From: Heptranchias perlo
Taxonomy: Eukaryota
NCBI RefSeq assembly: GCF_035084215.1
Contig: NC_090335.1
Location: 47,926,001-47,990,000, forward strand
Direction of reading: 5' to 3'
Length of the DNA stretch: 64,000 bases
Shown here: positions 60,001 to 64,000 of the stretch, in pieces
Layout of the letters: every line of letters begins with the position of its first letter
Position numbering within the stretch: the stretch's first letter is position 1
Position numbers and translations under genes: made by a program
The notes under the pieces: model-generated
What the model was told of the DNA's origin: nothing
Database searches by the model: none
Seen by the model: the letters and a program-made list of their open reading frames with translations, nothing else

Positions 60001-62087
60001 ATGCTGTGCGTATTCAGATAAAGAACCTTTAATTCTGCCTTTTTACCATTTTTTTCCTACTCTGACCCCATTTGCTGGTGCACTCTTATGTTTGTTCGCT
60101 CTGTCCCTGTCACACTCTGGTTATCATTACCCCTATCTCTGCCCTGTACTACTTCCTTGTCCTTTCTCTTCAACATTCTAAATTTCTCCCCACCTGAACT
60201 CTTTTCCGCCCACCCCCATTTATTTTAAAGCCCTATCTACAGCCCTAGTTATTCGATTCGCCAGAATACTGGCCCCAGTATGGTTCAGGCGAAGCCCGTC
60301 TTGATGGAACAGCTCTCTCTTTCCCCAGTACTGGTGCCAGTACTGATACAGAGATTATTACCTTTGTGGTTCTGCTTTTTAATTTAGTCCCTAGCTGCTC
60401 AAACTCACTCAGCAGAACCTCTTTCTTAGTCTTACCTATGTTGCTGGTACCTACGTGGACCACTACAACTGGATCCTCCCACTCCAAGTTCCCCTCTGGC
60501 CCGGAGGAGATGTCCTTAACCCTGGCACCGGGTAGGCAACAGAGCCTTCGGGACTCACGCTCTTGGCTGCAGAGAACAGTATCTATCCCCCTAATTATAC
60601 TATTGCCTATACTACCACCTTCCTTTTTACTCCCCCCCCCCCCCCCCCCCCCACTTGCATGGCCTCCTGTACCATGGTGCCGTGGTCAGTTTGTTCATCC
60701 TCCCTGCAGTTCTTGCTCTCGTCCACACAACTTGCAAGAACCTTGTAACTGTTAGACAAGTACAAGGGCTAAGGCTCCTCCAGTGGTACCTCCTGGATCC
60801 CCGTACCTGCCTCACTCGCAGTCACACTCTCCTGTCCCTGACCACGGGCCAAATCTAAAGTATTTAGTCTAAAGGGGGTGACTACCTCCTGGAACAAAGT
60901 GTCCAGGTAACTTTCTCCCTCCCTGATGTATTGCAAAGCCTGCAGCACGGACTCCAGCTCCTCAACTCTGAGCCAAAGTTCCTCAAGCTGCAGACGTGGT
61001 CGCCCCGGACAATACTGCCCAGTAGCTCCCACATGTTGCAGCTGCAACACATCTCCTGCCCTGCCATATCTATAGTATTTATTTAATTAATTATGTCACT
61101 GTCAATCAAATTATTTATAATTTTGATCTAAGTACTAACCTCGTTTAATTTATTTAATTAAGTTTAGTTAATTATTAATTTATATGCTATATGGTTTTAC
61201 TGTAACTTAGCTCACAGTCCTAAGAAAAAGAAATATTCACCACCAATCACCCACCTGCTTTACCTGTGACGTCATTCTTTGATTTTTATCAGAAAGCGGT
61301 CGGTCGGCTCTTTTCTAGTGAACTCTCACTCTCGCTTCGCTGTTTTTATCCCCGCTCCGCTCTCACTGTTTTCCACCGCTCTAGTGAACTCTCACTCTCA
61401 CTCTGCACTGTTTTTATCCCGGCTCCACTCTCACTGTTTCCCACCGCTCTAGTGAACTCTCACTCTGCACTGTTTTTATCCCGGCTCCACTCTCACTGTT
61501 TCCCGCCACTCTGGTGAACTCTCACTCTGCACTGTTTTTATCCCCACTCCGCTCTCACTGTTTCCTGCCACTCTAGTGAACTCTCGCTCTCACTATTTCG
61601 CACCGCTCTGGTGAACTCTCGCTCTTGCTCGCTGCTGTTTTTATCCCCGCTCCACTCTCTGTTTCCCACCGCTCTGGTGAACTCTCACTCTCTCTCAGCG
61701 CTGTTTTTATCCCCGCTCCACTCTCACTATTTCCCACCGCTCTGGTGAACTCTCGCCCTCGCTCTGCGCTGTTTTTATCCCCGCTCCACTCTCTGTTTCC
61801 CACCGCTCTGGTGAACTGTCACTCTCTCTCAGCGCTGTTTTTATCCCCACTCCACTCTCACTATTTCCCACCGCTCTGGTGAACTCTCGCCCTCGCTCTG
61901 CGCTGTTTTTATCCCCGCTCCGCTCTCGCTGTTTCCTGCCGCTCTAGTGAACTCTTGCTCTCACTCTACGCTGCTTTCATCCCCACTCCTCTCTCACTGT
62001 TTCCTGCCGCTCTGGTAAACTCTTACTCTTGCTCTCACTCCGTCCTGTTTTTATCCCCGCTCCGCTCTCACTGTTTCCCGCTGCTTT
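57057..62087 (-). mobile_element. Full-length degenerate CR1 LINE: 5' monomer array, 5' UTR, ORF1 (zinc finger/leucine zipper + esterase), ORF2, tail, plus an extra 3' tail of another CR1 family (57057-57180)
   Basis: ORF1 start MAGQEMCCSCNMWE (61067), LEELWLRVEELES coiled coil, VVVVHVGTSNIG, APE (VYRP..GDFNF), RT fragments; tail at 57181. Confidence 0.9.
61313..62084. repeat. Tandem array of ~12 imperfect 62-68-bp monomers at the CR1 5' end
   Basis: Unit approximately ctctggtgaactctcactctctctcagcgctgtttttatccccgctccactctcactgtttcccaccg. Confidence 0.92.
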
Positions 62088-62602
62088 TACCTAAGGAAGG
62101 ATATACTTGTCTTAGAGGTGCAACGAAGGTTCACTAGATTGATTTCTGGGATGAGAGGGTTGTCCTATGAGGAAAGATTAAGTAGAATGGGCCCATACTC
62201 TCTGGAGTTTAGAAGAGAGGTGATCTAATTAAAACATGTAAGATTCTTAGAGGGCTTGATAGGGCAGAGGCTGAGAGGTTGTTTCCCCTGGCTAGAAAGT
62301 CTAGAACCAGGGGGCATAGTCTCAGGATAAGACATTTAGGACTGAGATGAGGAGGAATTTCTTCACTCAGAGGGTTGTGAATATTTGGAATTCTCTACCC
62401 CAGAGGGCTGTGGATGCATAGTCATTGAGTATATTCAAGACTGAGATCGATAGATTTTTGGACTCAATGGGAATGAAGGGATATGGGGATCGGGCAGGAA
62501 AGTGGAGTTGAGGTCGAAGATCAGCCATGATCTTAATGAATGGCGGAGCATGCATGACGGGCTGTGTGGCCTACTCCTGCTCCTATTTCATATGTTTCTT
62601 AT
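62088..62602 (+). mobile_element. CR1 fragment, right part (ORF2 end plus tail) of the split element
   Basis: tacctaaggaaggatatactt.. (YLRKDIL..RRFTRLI) continues the frame broken at 57056; tail cctactcctgctcctatttcatatgtttcttat. Confidence 0.9.
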
Positions 62603-62604
62603 GA

Positions 62605-62785
62605 AGGGCAGGGAGTACTCCATGTGCTGGCCACGTTCGTTCCTCAACCACCACCACCAAAAAATAGATTAACTGGTCATTCATTTTATTTTCCGTTTGT
62701 GTGATCTTGCTGAGTTTGTTTATGTAACAGCTGTGACTGCTCTTCAAAGGTAATGCTTGAAATGTGCTATATAAATGCAAACTTT
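62605..62785 (+). mobile_element. SINE 3' fragment (SacSINE1-like)
   Basis: ctggcca..cctcaaccacc..ctggtcatt..gtgctatataaatgcaa, reverse-similar to 7808-8147. Confidence 0.65.
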
Positions 62786-62964
62786 CTGATTCAGATATAA
62801 TATGGGTGCCCTTCTACTCTGCTACAACTAGTATCTTAACTCCAACCTTCCCTTCCACCCGTCCTCCATAACATTGCAAATTTTTCATTTATCACACCAG
62901 CTGCCATTATAGCCTTTCTAGGTTTGTCATATGTAGACAAAAAGCTAGATTGTGGAAACCTGAA

Positions 62965-63160
62965 ACAAAAACAAAATGCTGGAAACTGCAGGTTTTTAAT
63001 TTGCTGACTTACCTGTGAATCCACTTGGGCTATTTTTCTGTTAAAGATGATCTATGAATGCAAGTTATTGTCAGGCAGGAAAGAGCAGACGAGATAACAT
63101 TTCAGGTGTGGACCCTTCATCTGAAATTCTGATGAAAGGTCCACATGTGAAATATCAACC
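62965..63160. mobile_element. Penelope-like terminal-repeat remnant with inverted hammerhead-like motifs
   Basis: aaatgctggaaa head; atttcaggtgtggacccttcatctgaa / ttCTGATGAaaggtccacatgtGAAAt inverted pair. Confidence 0.55.
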
Positions 63161-64000
63161 AAATTGTAGGTAGTTTTCTGTAGTAAGCACATGCTCTTGG
63201 GAATTGTGTTGAGACTGAAACACTTGGAACCCTTACAGCTAGAGAGGAGACTCGGCCATTATTTTGGGCTGGATTCTAACCCAGGTCCTAGAAGTGAAAG
63301 GATAGTGCAACACTTTCACTACATCACCCTTTCAGTTATTATAGTATCCTTACCCGTGTACATTTGACTTGAAATTAAGATCGCAAAGCCCCAGTTGACA
63401 AAAGTTAATGGTTTTTAACGTTTTAAATTGTCTGCCAGAGAATATTTTATGGCCCCCCCCCCATGTTGAATGATTTTATGGCCATAGGCTGACTGGTTAA
63501 CTGGAATACAATGAGTGGAGATATGTATTTTCAACTGGAATTAATATTTCTAATCTGAGAGAAACTAGTCTAAATTGCTTTGTGATATTAGTTTTGTCAC
63601 AGTGATGCTGTAGCTGTTGTATAGGATTTTTATTTCTAGTGGTATTTCTCTAGACAAGTGTTACAGAACAAAGTGTGCTTACTGTGCTTCGTCAGCACAT
63701 GAATCTGTTGCGGATGGTTTGTAAAACACTTGTACAGGGGGTTCCCTGCTTGTGAACATAGTGCAGTAAGTGTGCCGTGTTACTGAAATTACTTCACTAA
63801 TCTGGCGAAAGAGGAATTTAATTGTTTGAGTTTAGTTTCCAGGAAAAAGAAAGCCACGATGTTCTGGGCCAGTGGGAAAGTTAGAGAAGACATCGATTAG
63901 CAATCACTAGTTCAGGAAAGCACTGAAGCTTTGTTGCTGGATCCAATAAAAGGTTGGAACTATTGTCTGTAGGTACAATAGGCTGGATTTTGCTGTGAGC

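Noticed and set aside
61313-62084. Regular repeat array that could suggest CRISPR
   Set aside because: Whole units are similar with no unique spacers, there are no cas genes, and the context is eukaryotic.
63640-64000. AG/GT-bounded segments considered as TTF2 exon 2
   Set aside because: None translates to the expected LKTG..GPN.GK.FY.C-type zinc-finger sequence; exon 2 is probably beyond the window.

Overview
Vertebrate genomic DNA, very probably from a cartilaginous fish (shark); this is inferred from the CR1/L2/SINE repeat families. The + strand carries the 3' half of an EWI-family gene that I identify as IGSF3: five phase-1/phase-1 Ig V-type exons at 1266-21901, a TM/cytoplasmic exon at 27376-27626, and a probable long 3' UTR to ~35.4 kb. 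About 20 kb of stacked retroelements follow, including a nearly intact CR1 LINE with an esterase ORF1 and an APE+RT ORF2. At 55.7-56.4 kb is a CpG-island promoter with a 28-nt first coding exon (MEKVICDEH|G) matching TTF2. Four oddities stand out. (1) Two inverted copies of a chimeric non-autonomous Harbinger-type element carry a Myb/SANT gene remnant plus a captured CR1 3' segment. (2) One of those copies contains a ~97-nt insert that translates to an RPL7L1-like peptide. (3) A full-length CR1 with a ~12-unit 5' monomer array and a second family's 3' tail is inserted cleanly into another CR1. (4) An IGSF3-like gene lies directly upstream of TTF2, where mammals have CD101. All gene and family assignments are from recalled homology, not database searches.
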